From: Moniliella sp. 'wahieum'
Taxonomy: Eukaryota
Length of the DNA stretch: 64,000 nucleotides
Reading direction: 5' to 3'
NCBI GenBank assembly: GCA_003971905.1
Contig: RSEE01000018.1
Coordinates: 496,001-560,000, forward strand
In this document: positions 13,472 through 27,389 of the stretch, piece by piece
How positions within the stretch are numbered: position 1 is the stretch's first letter
Layout: each line of letters opens with the position of its first letter
Position numbers and translations under genes: made by a program
The notes under the pieces: generated by a model
The model's database searches: none
The model's input: the letters and a program-made list of their open reading frames with translations, nothing else
What the model was told of the DNA's origin: nothing

Positions 13472-14558
13472 ATGCTCACCCAAGGGCCCAAGGATCTCCC
13501 TGCACTTCTCCCCAAGCCGTCGACGGAACCGCAACAACACCCCCCTCCCCCCCGCCGATCGCTCAGGGCCCATTCTTGTCTCCTCCTCCTCCTCGTTGCC
13601 AGCTCGTTGGTCCTGTATACCCATCTGCCCAGCCTCTCTGCGCCCCGCCCATGGAATTCCCCCGGCGCTTGGGCTGCTTCGACTTTGCTGAGGCCCAACA
13701 ACGCACTCCTTGCGGCCCCTTCACCTGCCTCCTCACCCTCCTCTTGATGTCGGCCTTACTCCCACTCTTACTCCTGTTTCCGTTCTCTCTGGATCTGCCT
13801 CTGCCCCTGTGTCTACTTTTGTTTCTACCTCTGTCGCGGCCACTGCCTCCGCTTCTGCCTCCGCCTCTGCCGTTGCAGCTGGAGAATCCGGAATGAGAAT
13901 GGTGCCCGTGTCATTCCAAACCGTTCTCTCCGTGCCGGAGCGAACTACAAAGGTGGAACGTACGGCCCTTTTGTTTCAAGCGCTTTCCGGAAGCAAAAAG
14001 TTCCAGCACATGGGCCGATTGGCTTTTCCCATCCACCCGTCCGGCACAGATCACGGCGCTAGCGCTTGGTGCAACTCGGCCGGGCCACGCCTGAAGATGC
14101 GAAGCTAGTGTGTATTCACGTTTTTCCCCCGGGCGGTCCGTGCGATGTAAATGCCACTTTGTCTGACCTTTGCTTGGCCCAGTATCGTCGTGACCCTCTC
14201 GCTTGGTCCAATCAACACGGACGCCGAGGCTTAACCCTCTTTCACGATTCTAGTTCCGAGTCAGAGCAATTGGTGCGTCTGCTGGACCGAATGGGCGCTA
14301 CCTATACCTCTCTTCGTATGGACCAAGGTATGTTTTTCCTGTTGGCATATATGCCATGTGATTGAACTTTTCTTGTACTTACACCGGTATATTCACACCA
14401 GACCCTGCGCTTGTGGACGTCCTCCACTTCCTTACAGGGGATGAAAGGGGGCCCATGCTATTTACAGGAACCTCCCGTGTGGGTGGGCTGGCACAGTGCA
14501 GGCCCTGAACTACCATCGCCTGCTCCATGGCATTCTCGACGCTGCCGAAGCCCTGTAA
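13472..14558 (+). CDS. Hypothetical type II membrane protein with an Ala/Ser-rich stem
   Basis: ATG 13472, hydrophobic anchor LLLLLVASSLVLYTHL, ASASASASA stem, globular-looking region and a likely intron 14328-14401 (GTATGT..CAG). It ends LLHGILDAAEAL*. No family recognised. Confidence 0.45.
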
Positions 14559-15187
14559 CTTGTCGCGTTTACCTTTTTCATGTGTGCTGTTCCCGTGCTT
14601 TGCTTGTTACGTGTATTGGGCACTTTTGCGATCGGACTTGTCATTCGTTTCTTGCGTGTTTTGCATTGGGCCTTGGCGTGGAAGCCTCGCTTCCGTACTT
14701 CATCGCACCTCTGTTGCATAATATCTCTTCTCTACGTCCGTTTTTTCCCTCTTCCCCCACCCCCCGTTTTTGCGATTTTGTCACCCCGTTCCTTCCTTTT
14801 GTGTGAGAGCTACCTTGTCACCATTTGTGTCCTGGAGGTCTTGAAGGATTTTTGCTTCAAGCGTCAAGATTTACGAGTTGCTACTACGTTCTCTGTTGCC
14901 CTAGTACTTAACCGAAATGCAACCCTAAAAGATGAGAAGGGGAAAAGGATTGGCGCCAGGTTTAATATATGGTTTGTTGATGTTGGCAGAGAGAGAGGAG
15001 ACAGAGCGGCACCTAATGAAAGTATTAATGACAGTTGTGTTGAGGAATGGATACGGTGGCGTGCATGGGTGCACTCGACAGTGTGGAGATACAGTGTGGA
15101 GATATCCATCGGGTTAGGGGGAGAACCAAGTGTTCGAGGGAGGGGAGAAAGGAATATATAGTACCCGAGCAAGAAACCAACAGTAAA

Positions 15188-15259
15188 GGGCGGATAGCTC
15201 AGGGGTAGAGCGCTTGCTTAGCATGCATGAGGTCCGGGGTTCAATTCCCTGTTCGTCCA
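15188..15259 (+). tRNA. tRNA-Ala (anticodon AGC), intronless
   Basis: Cloverleaf: acceptor GGGCGGA/TTCGTCC with the G3:U70 alanine determinant, D arm GCTCAGGGGTAGAGC, anticodon loop TTAGCAT (AGC 15220-15222), T arm CGGGGTTCAATTCCCTG, discriminator A. Confidence 0.95.
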
Positions 15260-15261
15260 AC

Positions 15262-15267
15262 TTTTTT
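15262..15267 (+). terminator. RNA polymerase III terminator (T6)
   Basis: TTTTTT lies 2 nt after the tRNA-Ala 3' end. Confidence 0.8.
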
Positions 15268-15590
15268 GTGGCTCTAGAGACTCTCACGCGCCACGTTGGT
15301 CCTGGCGCGTTTGCATGCCACTGGCTGTGCCAGCCTGTGGGAAGGGGGCGTACACCGCCCCGGCGCTAGCCTTAGGTGACTAATGACTGGGGACCGGTGA
15401 TATGGTGGCACCAGCTGCCCCCCTGGGGACTAGGGTTGCTGAAGTGCAGTCAAGTTGAACGTTCAACCCCGGAGGGGACTGACGGGACGCGCTCGGGCGT
15501 ACTTTTTATTGCCTCAGTCAGGCGCGCCTCGGCTTGGCCTGTACTCGACGCGTCCCTTCCCCCTTGACCACATCTTCATCTGCCCTGTCC

Positions 15591-16599
15591 ATGATGCCCA
15601 CCCCTTTCCGCCCGCCCGCACGCAACCCGCCCAACGCGGCGCCCACCCCCAACCTCACCTTCTCCTCGCCGGCCGAGCCGAGACCGCAGAAGCGTGCGTC
15701 CGGTGTCGGCTCCTCGCCCGCCACACCTTTCTGGTCCGCGCAAGCCCATGAGCCGGCCGGAGTCCCAGGGCGTGATCTTTCCCTGGTCGCACCGACTGTC
15801 GGAAACGAGCCAGGGTAGGCACGCCCCCCGCGGCGCTGACTCCTGCCGGCAGCGCACGGCGGCCCAAGCGGCCCAGTCGGTCTCGGTCCAGCGTACGTTG
15901 GAGGCACCATCCAAATGCGCCAGCGCGCAGCATTTGCAGCGCGTGCTGGATCGAGAAGAACGGGCTTGGGAGGAAGCCTTCATTGTTCCTGCCGCGCTTG
16001 AGGCCGGTCCCGGCACAAGGAAGCGCACCGAACACCTGTCTCCTTTTTCGCCCCCCGGCTCGCCCAGTTGGCGTCGAGGCAAGCACCCGCCTCTCTGTTC
16101 TCCAGTTTGTTCCTCTTCCCCGTCTCGTCTCAAGGCTCAGGATGGGAGGACACAGAGAAACCCGGAAGCGGACGAAAAGTGCGTCAATGGCGAGAACAAA
16201 TGCCCCAGCTACGAACCAGACCATGATGAGGGCGACGACGATGACGACATCTTCTCGCCCAAATCGCCAACTAGGATAGACCTGTGTGCCGCTCGTCGTT
16301 CCAGCCCCGTATCCCACCGAACCCCTACCTCGCCCCGAACCCTATCCTACCTCCGTGCGCTCTCAGCGGCACAGTTGCGCTGGGCCAAGGCGGCACGAGG
16401 GGGACGGACGCCACTGCAGGCTGGACCGGGGGAGGTACGAACTTCCAGTGCGCATTCAGCTTGGTCTGACCTCATCCGATCTGACTTGACGGAGGAGGCG
16501 GATACAAGTGACGAGGAAGCAAGTGCGTCGGAAGCAGCCAGGGCCGGGCGTGATGTGACGCCAACGCCGACGGGGCTGACGGCGCGTCGGCTCAGGTAA
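15591..16599 (+). CDS. Hypothetical Ser/Pro-rich, largely disordered protein
   Basis: ATGATG at 15591 joins the long ORF 15694-16599 through one frameshift and includes an acidic patch DHDEGDDDDDIF. The gene may continue after a CAG|GTAACG splice donor near 16596. Confidence 0.35.
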
Positions 16600-17196
16600 C
16601 GCGCATTCTCTGGCATTTGTTCTGGAGATTGGGGAAAATGGACTTGATGAGGCCTGATTCTGGTAACAATTCTAAGGCGATGGCACGAAGCCTGTTGTGG
16701 TGCGAGGATCGGGATGTTGGTGCGTAGAATGACTGCCACTGGTGACAGCCTGTAGACGTTATCGTCAACTGCGCTGTGGTTGGCGTGGGTGCCAGTGGTT
16801 AGTGCAGGCCAAACCCGCTGCCGCGCTACAAAACGCGTGCTAGTAAGGACATGCGAGCACCTAATGCGGCTCATGTTCCCATAGGCTCGGCACATTCGCT
16901 TCATGCGCGCCTCCTCCAATAGCATACTACGGGCATGTTGATACAATATGCAACAGTTACACAGGCAAAAAACTTAGCAAGCGATACAGGTATGTACCGC
17001 ACCATCCAATCAAACAAAGTCCGGGGATGCTCCGAGACATCCCATCCGCGCGGAAAACCGGTGGGGCTGGCGGCACACGGAACAGGGTTAGCCAATGTAA
17101 GAACCTGGGGCTCTGAATGACAGACAAGGCGACTGTGATTCAGTAAGAGACTGCCCAAATCCCAAGGAAGGCAGATGAGGGAAAGCTGACAACCCA

Positions 17197-19075
17197 TTAC
17201 ATTGTCCAAACATAGGACGACAAGCCAGGCTCAAAAGTGAGTGTGGTGGTGCGTCGGTTCAGGGCGACCGTCATGGTGGTCTGGTTGGTACAGGAATTCT
17301 CCACCACCAGGCCGTACCGGCTCATGGTACGATTCCATGGCGCAGAGAAAGCGAGGGCCTCGCCACACGATTGGCCCTTGACCATCGTTGCATTCATCGA
17401 TGTGGCCGGTCCACCGCCAAAGCGGGTGATCAGAGGAGGCGACGGCCATGTGTTGCATCATGATGCTCTGCAGGCTAGGTTGGACCGACGCCGGATCAAT
17501 TTCGATCACGCCTTTGCAATTTTGGCACACGGTCGAGCTGAGGTGGGGCCCATTGTCGCTGTTGAGGGCGAGGTTCCAAACGAGGATCGAACTAAAGTTG
17601 TGCGACAACATGGGGAAAAAGATGTTTTGCGACCACCAGCGAAAGTTGGCCTGATCGGTCGACGTGGTGTCTTGGCCTGTGCACTCGGACATAGCCATAC
17701 GCAAGTTGTCCGCTTGGTCGCCAAGTGCATTGCGGAGCGATTGGGCACCGTGCCAACTCCCATTGTAGCAGTGCCAAGAGATGCCATCGACGCTGGATGC
17801 ATTCTGCTTGACCAGCGTCTCGGCTGCATCATTGTGGATAAAGTTGTCCTCTAGGCCCCAGAGAAGCGTGTCGCCGTACCCCAGCTCCCCCAGTCGACCA
17901 CGGAGCGTGTTGAGCAGCTGGATTTGCAGTCCCGTCGTCATGAGCATCGAAGGGTAAGGCATCGAGTTGAACGGCTCGTTTTGCACGGACAGGGCCCATG
18001 GTTTGACCCCAAGTGCCGTATCGAACGCTTTGACGGATTGAGCCAAGTACTCGGCCAAGCCCGATGTCATGCCATTGCTGAGTGAACCGCCATTGAGCGC
18101 ATCGTTGGCCTTCATCCAAGAGGGAGGCGACCAGGGTAGGATGCTAATTTTAAGCGTTGGGTTGACCGCCAACACGTCGCGCAGGACGGGGAAAATGTAG
18201 GTTTCGGCGCCTTTGGCGCTGAACTTGGACAACAAAATTGGACGAAGAGCCTTGGCTATCGGCAAAGGTGTAAAGGCGGTTGGGCAAACTGTAATCCGAC
18301 GAGCCGATTGGCACACGGATAATGTTGAGCCCCGAACGGCGATTGAAGAGTGAGTGCAGCGTGCTGTTGTACACACTCACATTGCTCTTCTTAATCTGCA
18401 TCAGCAGTGATGCACTGGCATCCGTCAGTGCAGCACCAAACCCATCGATCGGTGTGTTGGGCGCAGTGTTGATGACAATGTCGGCGGCATTGGTGTTGGT
18501 ACCGTTCCAGTGGATGGGCAGCGGTGACCATTGGAACGGGTTGGACAGGGCACTATATGATGACTGTGTCGTTTGCCCCACATGATCAGTGCCTACATCA
18601 ACGGGCCATGTGGCGGGAATAGGAAGAGTTTTGATATACGTACAGTTAGTAGCCACTCTCGAGCATCCCAGCCTGGGAATCGTCCTGGCCGGCAGGAACA
18701 GCCACTTGGTTCCCGCCGGAAGATTGAAGGCATAATCGACTGGCTTGGTTTTCTTGTTGTTGTGGAGTCCGACACCGAGGCCAACACCCAGCTGGAGAGA
18801 GGGACAAGACGGACGTTTGGAGGATCAGACACGTCCAGGTGGCCACATGGAGTAGCGGCGGCGGGGTAGGGGGGGGAGGGATGAGAGACGGGACGTACCG
18901 CGACGGCTAGGACGATAACGATGCCCACCAGAGTGAGGAGGAGCCAGAGGAGGCGGCGGCGGCGGCGGAGCGGGGTCTTGGGCTGGGACATGGCAGGTGG
19001 GGGGTAGGCGGGAGTAGAATCTTTGGTTTCGAAGGGCGCACCGGTGGATTGGCCAAGTGTCGAGGCGGATGCCAT
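17197..19075 (-). CDS. Glycoside hydrolase family 30 (endo-beta-1,6-glucanase/glucosylceramidase-like) with an N-terminal membrane anchor
   Basis: RRRRRLLWLLLTLVGIVIVLAVAV anchor, DGFGAALTDAS, IRVPIGSSD, PWSPPSWMK, acid/base SVQNEP, WHCY, nucleophile MSECTG, WNLAL..GPH and C-terminal GLSSYVWTM*. Confidence 0.88.
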
Positions 19076-22007
19076 GGCAAGTACGACAGAGTGAGCAGCG
19101 CAGAAGGGGGTGCTCTGGCCCGGACAAGCGTGTGGCGAAAGGAAGCGCAGGCGACCCAGCAAAGAACGGGCGGGATACGGATAGGTGGGAAAGCGTCTGG
19201 GTGGTGGTGGGACGCAAGGTTGGGGTTGGACAGGGCAGGTGGGCGGCGCTGGCTACAGTAGGCAAGTGGGAATGATAGCGAGGGAGGAGCAGCGGTTGAT
19301 ACATAATTTGATAGTCACCCATCAGTACATCACTCCCGACAGAGGCTGCATAAAGCAATGCCCGCCCGGGCTGCCGGCGGGGACTGCGGCACCGTGTGGC
19401 ACAGCCTGGCACAGCCAGTGCGAAGCCACTTAGGACTCAGCAGGCACTCAAACGCGTAGCACGCATGGCCGATGATCGATGACGAATGGTGTGGCCGCAT
19501 GTTAATGATGCTGATGCATGATGCACAGGATGCATGATGGTCTTGGCGACCATAGAGTGGCGGAGACTGGCGCGCTGCCTGCTGCGGGCCTCTCCTGCTG
19601 CCTGCCCCTCCTCAGCCGCTCCCTCGTGGATCGAGAGGCGAAGACCCCCGGCACCGGAACCTCTCCCAGCGTACTGCGCCCCCCTGCGGTTGGACGGAAA
19701 AGGGGCGTGCCCAAAAGCCTACTTCTAAGACCTGCATTGCGAACGACGCCGCTCGGGGCGGCGTAGGACTACCGATAGCGCCTCGTACACCACAGAAGCC
19801 AGAGGGCCGACCAGTGACAGTGACTAGTCACTGGTCAGTAATCAATGTACTCGTACTCAGTAACCAAGTATGCTCGGTACTAGTACTCACTACATCCGCA
19901 GTGGTATCCAGCACAAGTGTGCTCTACTACTTCGACATGTCATCATGCCATCGATGTTGCCCCGATGTTATCAATCGAAGATTCACCCGTCCCGTCTTTT
20001 CATGCACCCCCGGCGTCAGCGAGCCAACAGACCACCCCTTCGCCCACAACTTGAAGCCACAGAGAGCCTCAACGCCCAAGATTTGAAGCTCGTGAGGAAC
20101 CACGGAGGGCGCACCAATCGCAAAATCACGCCTATACTGCATCCATATCATTCACAGAGCTTAAATGCTGTGGGACAAAGAAACGCTGCGCCTAAACCGA
20201 CTCGTTCATCCTGCGTGTGCTGCTTGATACGAAGTAACTATGTCTGCTATCAGTGCTCAGTGAAGCAGACTGGCTAAGAAATCTAAAGAGACAGCATGAT
20301 ATGAAAGCCGATAATGAGATTCCTCCCTAACAGCCTTATAAGCCAAAAAAGCGACAAAAGACGACAGAGGAAACGGAAAAAGCATCAGTGGTGCTATGAA
20401 ATTGACATGTGAAAACGGGGGGGCTTCCGGTAAGCGCCCGCTAAGCCGTAAGCCCTACTGATAAGCCACAGGCGGGGTTGTGTCGTCAAGGCCTAACTGT
20501 CGTTGTGACATGTGACAGTCTCACATATGAGGTGTATATGTGGGAGGCCTGAGGGGATCAACAAGGCCACTACAAGTATATTAGGTGCCACAATAAGAAA
20601 ATGTGCATCTTTAAACCTTTTCTCAGTATTATCCCCGGAGGGTGTTTCTCGGCATAACAAGCATCACATGTCCCTTAAAGGGTCCCAACAGCCCCAATCG
20701 CGATATTATAACTGGTCCCGGGATTCGCGACATCCGGCTCTACACACAATAAGTTCTATGAGTTACACCGAGAGCGACACTGCCTTTTTCTATTCTGCAG
20801 TCATAAAGAACTTAAGGTTGGAACGAAGAAACACTGCGCCTATAAACCGATCTGCTCGCATCATCCAGAGTGTTTTGTTGTGTTACTTTTTTTGGTGCCA
20901 AACCCTGTTGAAAGAACCAGAGGACCCGCCAGCAGAACATCTTTCCGCATGAGTGCCCAAACATATTTTTGCTCGCCATATTGGTGCCATAGTATTCATG
21001 CGTCGTCATAAGCAAAGGGAGAGGAAAGGTTCTTGGGCCCGTCCGTAGTTCATAGCGTTCTCGATTTGCGGTTCTCTCGTGCACCACCCTGCGGTACGCA
21101 ACCATCGGCACCTCCCGTATCCCCGATTCCCGCAACGTGTGGTCCATCTCCATTCCTGATCCTCCGAACAATGCTCGTCCCATCACTTGGTCAATACTCA
21201 GTATGCATATCGCCTTGAATTCTTCCCACACGCCTCGTCTCTCGTGCGGAGTCTCTTCCTACAACTTTTCTGGTGAAACATGGGGAACGCATATCATGTT
21301 ATCGTAGTTGAGTACGTTGGTTCTTGACCGGTTGACTCCAGGAGCTTGGAGGGGGGGCACTTAAGGACGTTTGGACAAAAGCACAGAGGCAGAAGAAGGG
21401 CAGAGCGCACACACGCCTCGTTGTTTTTGCTACCGCCACGCCATCCGCCATGCCGCCCATCACCACATTGCATCACACCCACACGCCGCGAGCTGCGATG
21501 GGTAACCCAGCACATCAGAACACACCGTCTCCGATCGGTGGAATCTGACCACGTGACCCGGTTTGAACCCGGTGAGTGCAATTTGGTGAATGCAATTTCA
21601 CTTTGCACATGCCGCTGCAGCGAGACCGGCACTGGCCGGGGGGCGCAGGGGACCCTGGGCAGCTCGGAGAAAAAGGTGGCTGGGGAATGAGCACCAGGGC
21701 AGTGTCAGGTTCCACGTTCTCGCCGCATGGTAGCCGATCCCCGCTGGCCCCATGCCCCGCTGCAGCGCATGACGTCGACGAACGCGCCACACGGCACGAG
21801 CGCTTTTCCGGAACAGACTGGCGCCGTGCTGGCCTCGTGACTCGACCCGGCTTACGCGGGCTCGCCATAGCCGCGCGTTCTTATCGCCCGCCTGCCCCTC
21901 CCCCTGTATATAACAGGCCATCTCCCGTTGGCTTATCTGCCGACACGGCCTGACCATCTCCCATCACTTCGTTCCCCCTCCCAACCACACTTCCTCCTCG
22001 ACACACC

Positions 22008-23671
22008 ATGGGTACCACCGCCTCAAGCCTGTGACGGCAGAGACCGAGAAGGCAGCCTTCACTTCCTCGGCCCCTGCTCCCGAAGCCGCTGCTATGCACC
22101 ACGCTGCCGACCGGTTGGCGCGCATCCAGGCCGAGGCGACGGCTCGGCAAACCTCATCTCAGCAGCCCTTCAGCCAACATTACCCCCAAGAATGTCAAGG
22201 ACTGGCAGGAGGATGCCTTTGCTGTACGTCTTGCCTTGCTTTGTTTCTTTTCGTGCGCCCAGGACACACGACGAGCGCTCCTGCTAACCTCCCTCTCGCC
22301 TTGTCTAGGAGCCGGCCGCACGTCTGGCGGCACTGACGCTGCACAATGCCAACATCCCCGACTCGCTCCACTCGCGTAAGACAGAAATTGAGCACAACCA
22401 GATCTACAACCTCCAAGTGCCCATCCTTCCTAAGAGCGTGACCAACCAAAGAGTTCTGGGCGGTGTTGGCTGTTTGCGACCACAAACCTGATCCGCCTCG
22501 AAGTGATTCGGCAGTTGGACATTAAGGACGCCGACTTTGAGCTGAGCCAGTCCTACCTCCACTTCTGGGACAAGCTTGAGAAGGCCAACTACTGGTTGGA
22601 AAATGCGATTGAGTTGGCGGACCGGTCGTGGGATGACCGGGAGCTGAACTACCTCAGCAAGAACTTTAGCTCGGATGGTGGCCATTCAACATGGCAACCA
22701 ACCTGGCGGTCAAGTATGGCATCTGCCCCCAGAGCGTTTACCCCGAATCCTCCTCAACAGCTCCAACACTGCCAAGATCACCTGGCTGACGACAGTCAAG
22801 TTGCGCGAGTTTGCGCAGGAGCTGCGCGATCTCAAGAAGGTGACTGAGGAGCGGCTGAGTAGCAGTGTCGCTCAGGCGTGATGACGCCCACACAGATGAG
22901 CGGTGCTTGCGACAGTGCGAACCCACAAGGAGAAGCAGATGAAGGAGGTGTATCGCATGATGGCCATTGCGTATGGCGCCCCGCCAGGCCCGCACGATGA
23001 GTTTACGTTTGAGTGGTACGACAGCAAGAACCGGTACCAGTCGCTGACTACGACGCCATATGAGTTCCAAGTCAAGTACACTGGTACTTTTAAACCGCCA
23101 AGGGCTGTGTCTCGCTTGTCCACGACCCACGCTACCCCGAGGACACGGTGATTACTGTGGACCGACTTGGAAATGTGTGGGATGGCCAGCCGGTCACCTA
23201 CATCAACACGAGCGTCGAAGAAATGGAGCGGTTGGTGGTCAAGTCCATCAAGGCGGGCCACACTGTCTTTTTCGGGTGCGATGTGGGCCAGTTTAGCCAC
23301 ACGCGAGTGGGATTATGGACACGGAGCTGTTTGACTATGAGGCGGCATTTGGTCAAGCTGGGCTTGTCCAAGAAGGAGCGGCTGGAGATGGGCGAGTCGC
23401 AAATGACGCATGCCATGCTGATTGACAAGGTGCATGTCGACCCGAAAACCGACACCCCGATCCGGTACGCGTGCAGACTCGTGGGGCGCACCGGGTGGGT
23501 AAGGATACAGGCTACATGTCCATGTCGCGCAAGTGGTTTGCCGAATTTACGTACCAGTGTGTCTTCCGCAAAGAGCTCCTCTCGCCCAAGCACCAAAAGC
23601 TGGCCGAGCGTGGCATTGACGAGCATGCCATCCACTTGCCCCCCTACGACCCAATGGGCGCGTTGGCCTAA
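22008..23671 (+). CDS. LAP3: Bleomycin hydrolase / cysteine aminopeptidase (peptidase C1B)
   Basis: VTNQKS..CWLFATTNLIR (catalytic Cys region, frameshifted), FELSQSYLHFWDKLEKANYWLE, SDGG, VFFGCDVGQ, ESQMTHAM (catalytic His), frameshifted NSWG region and the family-typical C-terminus YDPMGALA*. Probable intron near 22224-22308. Confidence 0.92.
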
Positions 23672-25696
23672 CTTGCTCAAGGGGCCCTGTCTGGACAGGG
23701 TCTTCCCCCCTTACAATAATGTGTTGCACCCTTCACTCTTTCCCCACAGGGTCAATCAACCGCGCGTCGTGTTTCCTGCCTTGCTGCACACTACCACTTG
23801 TTACTGGAATTAACATTATGATGCCATAACCCCTGCCATCTAGACTCGTATATCTGAGCACCATGGGACCAACCGAGAGGCTGTTGGGTACTCGTGAAGT
23901 TCCAGGAGCAACCAACATGGTTGGTACACGAGATGGATGGGAGATTAGGCGAAGTTGTGGTAATCAGCGCTGCTGTCGATGCTAGATGGCAGGCATGCTA
24001 GTAGCCCCTTTCAGGTAAAAGCTGTCAATCCTCGGTCTTCGAGCCGTCCGTTGCCTGCCTATAGCCATCTCTCCCTTATCAACTACGAATCAACATTTGC
24101 CTGTCTACTAGCTACTACTGAGCTCCATTTTCCCTTGACTGTTACGTTACGCATTACACCAGGTAGGTAGTAGTGACATCCGATCAATCCATAACGTGTA
24201 ACCCATTACACTTTTTCTTTATCTGTATCTTCGCTAGCGCGTTATCGCGTTATAGCGCTTACCGGGCTTACCCATCGCGAACCCCTGTCATCGATTGACT
24301 AAGCTCGCTCCAATTTTCAATTCTGTGCATCCCGAGGATCTCGCTCTTCCTTTTCCTTTTGCTTCGTCATTCCCTGCGGGATGCCTCTTGTTTCCTGGCA
24401 TATTTCACACGTCACGAACAACTGCCCATTCCCCCGTCTCTGACAGGACCTTCAATAGCCTTCTCTTCGCTTAGCCCCGGCGTTACAATCCCCGCTCTAT
24501 TCGGTTAGGTTGCGCGCGCACGGTGCACCTTTTGTTTCTTTTGGGCTGCGCTAGCTGTGTGTAGTAATATCAGTGGCCCGGCCTTGTGCTCACACAGCCC
24601 TTCGACGGGCCGAGAGGAACGGGTGCACTTTGGGTGAGTCCGTTTGACTGAGGAGCGTGCCATGGAAACGCTTGGGATTTGGCCCGGGCGCCGTGGTGCC
24701 GAGTGAGTTTACAGTCTGGTCGCGGCCAGCTAGAGTTGGTAGGGAGGCGGGACGGTTTCCTGCCGTGCTTTTTGTTCGCAGGAAGGGGGTGCTGCGCATT
24801 CGCGGCACGGCGGGCAGCGGGGGGGGGAAGCGCACGAGGGAGTTGCGCCTACAGTATACAGGGAGATGTTGGAGATGTTATAGGGGTTACGTGTTACGTT
24901 GATTCCGGTTCTTTCCCCACGCGCAGGTGATGTGGGATGTGCGAGCTTGACTTGCTTGGCTTAGTTTTTGGCATGCAAGCGAAGCAGCGAGATGTGGGAT
25001 GCGAGGGGTGTCAAGCGAAGCTCGAAGCGAGATGCCGTCCGCCATCCCACACCGCCGCTGCGCAAGCAACAAAGCGCAGAGCGCGACGGCGACGCGCAAC
25101 CCGTCCCGCTCACCATCCCCACTGGCCATGGGGGGCAGGCAGGCGGCCAAAGCAAGCCGTACAACAGCTCGGCGTGGCTCTGACTGGGCGGAGACGGCGG
25201 AGGCTGGAGCCCGAAGGGGTCAGGGACGCCTCATCCGCGGTGGCATGGCGGTGGGCCGGGTGACCGGTGACCGGTGAGCCTGCCAGGCTCGGCAGCCACG
25301 GCAGGCCGGCACAGTGCCGCACCGAGCGCGGCAGAGCGCGGCAGAGAGCGCGCTGCTGCAGCGAGCAGCCGGCTGCGCTGCGGCCCCGCACGCGCCACTC
25401 CGCCTCCTCCGCGGCAGCAGCCGGCATCGGCACGCCGGCCTGCGCCAGCACCCGCCAGCACGGAGCCAGCCAGAGCCAGACAGCCGAGGGGAGCTGTCGA
25501 AGCTCCAAGTGTCTACGCGTGTCCAGACGCGCGCCCAACACAATGGCTCCTCTGCCGCCAGGCTGCGTCGGCCATAGTCAAGGGCGAGGAGGAGGGTGGG
25601 CAGCCCCACTTGCTTATAGCCCTTATCTACACCCCCCCCCCCCTCGCTCTGCGTCCTCCCCACCCTCGTCCACCCCCCCTCCTCCTCCCTGCCAGC

Positions 25697-27389
25697 ATGA
25701 CGCTGTCACAACGCCCTGCGCTGGCCTTCTTCGACGGATGCGCACGCCAGCCCTGCTCCTCTTCCTCCCCACCGCCTCCTTCTTCCGCCCGGGCCCACTG
25801 ACGAGCGTAGATTTGGCGCTTGTCCAGGCCTTTCACGCCTATCCCCTTGCACCTCTGCCTCATCCGCCGCACGAGTTTTTTTGGTCGGCCATCGTGCGGG
25901 CCATGCCGCTGCCCGTGCCGGCCAGTTACGAGGATGAACGAGAGCTGTGCGATCGCTCCGGCACCGACTCAAACGTCTCCGTCAATGCAGCCCAGATTCA
26001 TCTTCTCCTTTCGCATCCGCCCAGGCGTTCGTCTGGATCCCGTCTGGCCCAGGTCATTCCCGCCCCACACTGCCCATCTGCATCCCGAGGTCGTGTGGAC
26101 CTGGATCGGCAACTTGACCTTGCGCCACACCGTCTACAGCACTCGACATTGCCCTGGTTCCCCATCCTGCCCCTCTGCTGGACCAAGAAGACTTGCGCAC
26201 CGCACCATCAGCGTGTCTCTGTCGTCCTCCCTCCCGATCCACTGGGTCAGCAGGGCTCGCCTCGCCGTTGTCGCTGGCCGCTGATGCCTGTCGGAAGGAT
26301 CCGGATCATGTTGCTCGGGTTCGTTTCGAGGGACGGAAGCGCCGTGCAACGACTTTCTCTACTACCTCCGCCTCCATCTCCTCTCTGTCCCCGTTCCAGG
26401 ACGCCTTGCCCACGCCTGATGTGGAGGAGAAGGAACCCACCTTGACTTGGTGCCACCAAACGCGCTCGTGGGACCAATCGAGATCGTGCCACCCCCCTGC
26501 ACCAAACTTTTGGCAACGGGCCTGGACAACGGAACGGGATGTGATGCTAGTGGAATGCTATATGGACAGCGTGGTACCCACTCCATCCGACTCGGCGCCC
26601 TCCAGCACATCGTTTGTGCTCAGTCGCACCACCATCGTGTGTGGCGCCGAATTGTGCGGAGCGTGTTTGGCCCGTCGTTGGATCCCAGTGAGGAACGCGA
26701 GGTAGGCGATTCGGCGCGGCAACCGCTCAAGAAATTGAAAGGGTACGCGGCGCAGATTCACCAGTTGCTCCAGACCACCGAGCAGCTATTGTATGGGACG
26801 CAGCCAACGCTTGTCTCCGAGTCAATTCCCTCCTCGGCCACGACGAGGAGACCACCTGGGCCAAAATCCGGAACCCTCAAGTGCGCAATCGATTGATGCA
26901 CGCCCACTACCCGTGGCTCCCGCGCTTGCGCATTGTCGCCTCCGATCTACCTCGTACTTTTATACCACCACCTTGGGAGCCGAGTACTTTTCATGCGCAT
27001 CCACCGCGGTCCGGTCCCCCTATCTCCCTCCCAGGTCCCGCCACGCTCTTGCCCCGGCCGCCGCTCACCTCGCCACCATCATGCACCACCGCTTCAACAA
27101 CGAGGCAGTCCAATCCGCTTCCACACGTTTTTACCATCCTCACCCTTGTCCGCCTACCCCCTTTCCCCATGCGCCTTGCCCCAGTACCCCTCCCCCCGAC
27201 GCGGTACGAGGTAACACGGCACCCACCTTTCCCCGCCCCCACCACGACCTCGACCTGGGCGGCAAGCGCGTGCTTCCGCCCGTACCACAGTGCCGACACA
27301 GCCAGAGCAGAGCGTCACGGACCCGGCCCAGCACAGCGTCCTACCGTACGCGGCTACTTCTACCCTGCGCGACCCACCTCAACGAATAA
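25697..27389 (+). CDS. Hypothetical protein, possibly with a Myb/SANT-like (MADF/trihelix) DNA-binding domain
   Basis: Overlapping + ORFs joined by frameshifts. The segments WQRAWTTERDVMLVECY ... HRVWRRIVRSVFG ... ARQPLKKLK show the Trp spacing of Myb/SANT-like domains. Pro-rich C-terminus. Confidence 0.35.

Noticed and set aside
20427..24265. Inverted CCGGTAAGCGC / GCGCTTACCGG pair flanking bleomycin hydrolase as transposon TIRs
   Set aside because: The match is only 11 bp, with no TSD or extended similarity. Both lie in the heptamer-type patches found throughout the window.
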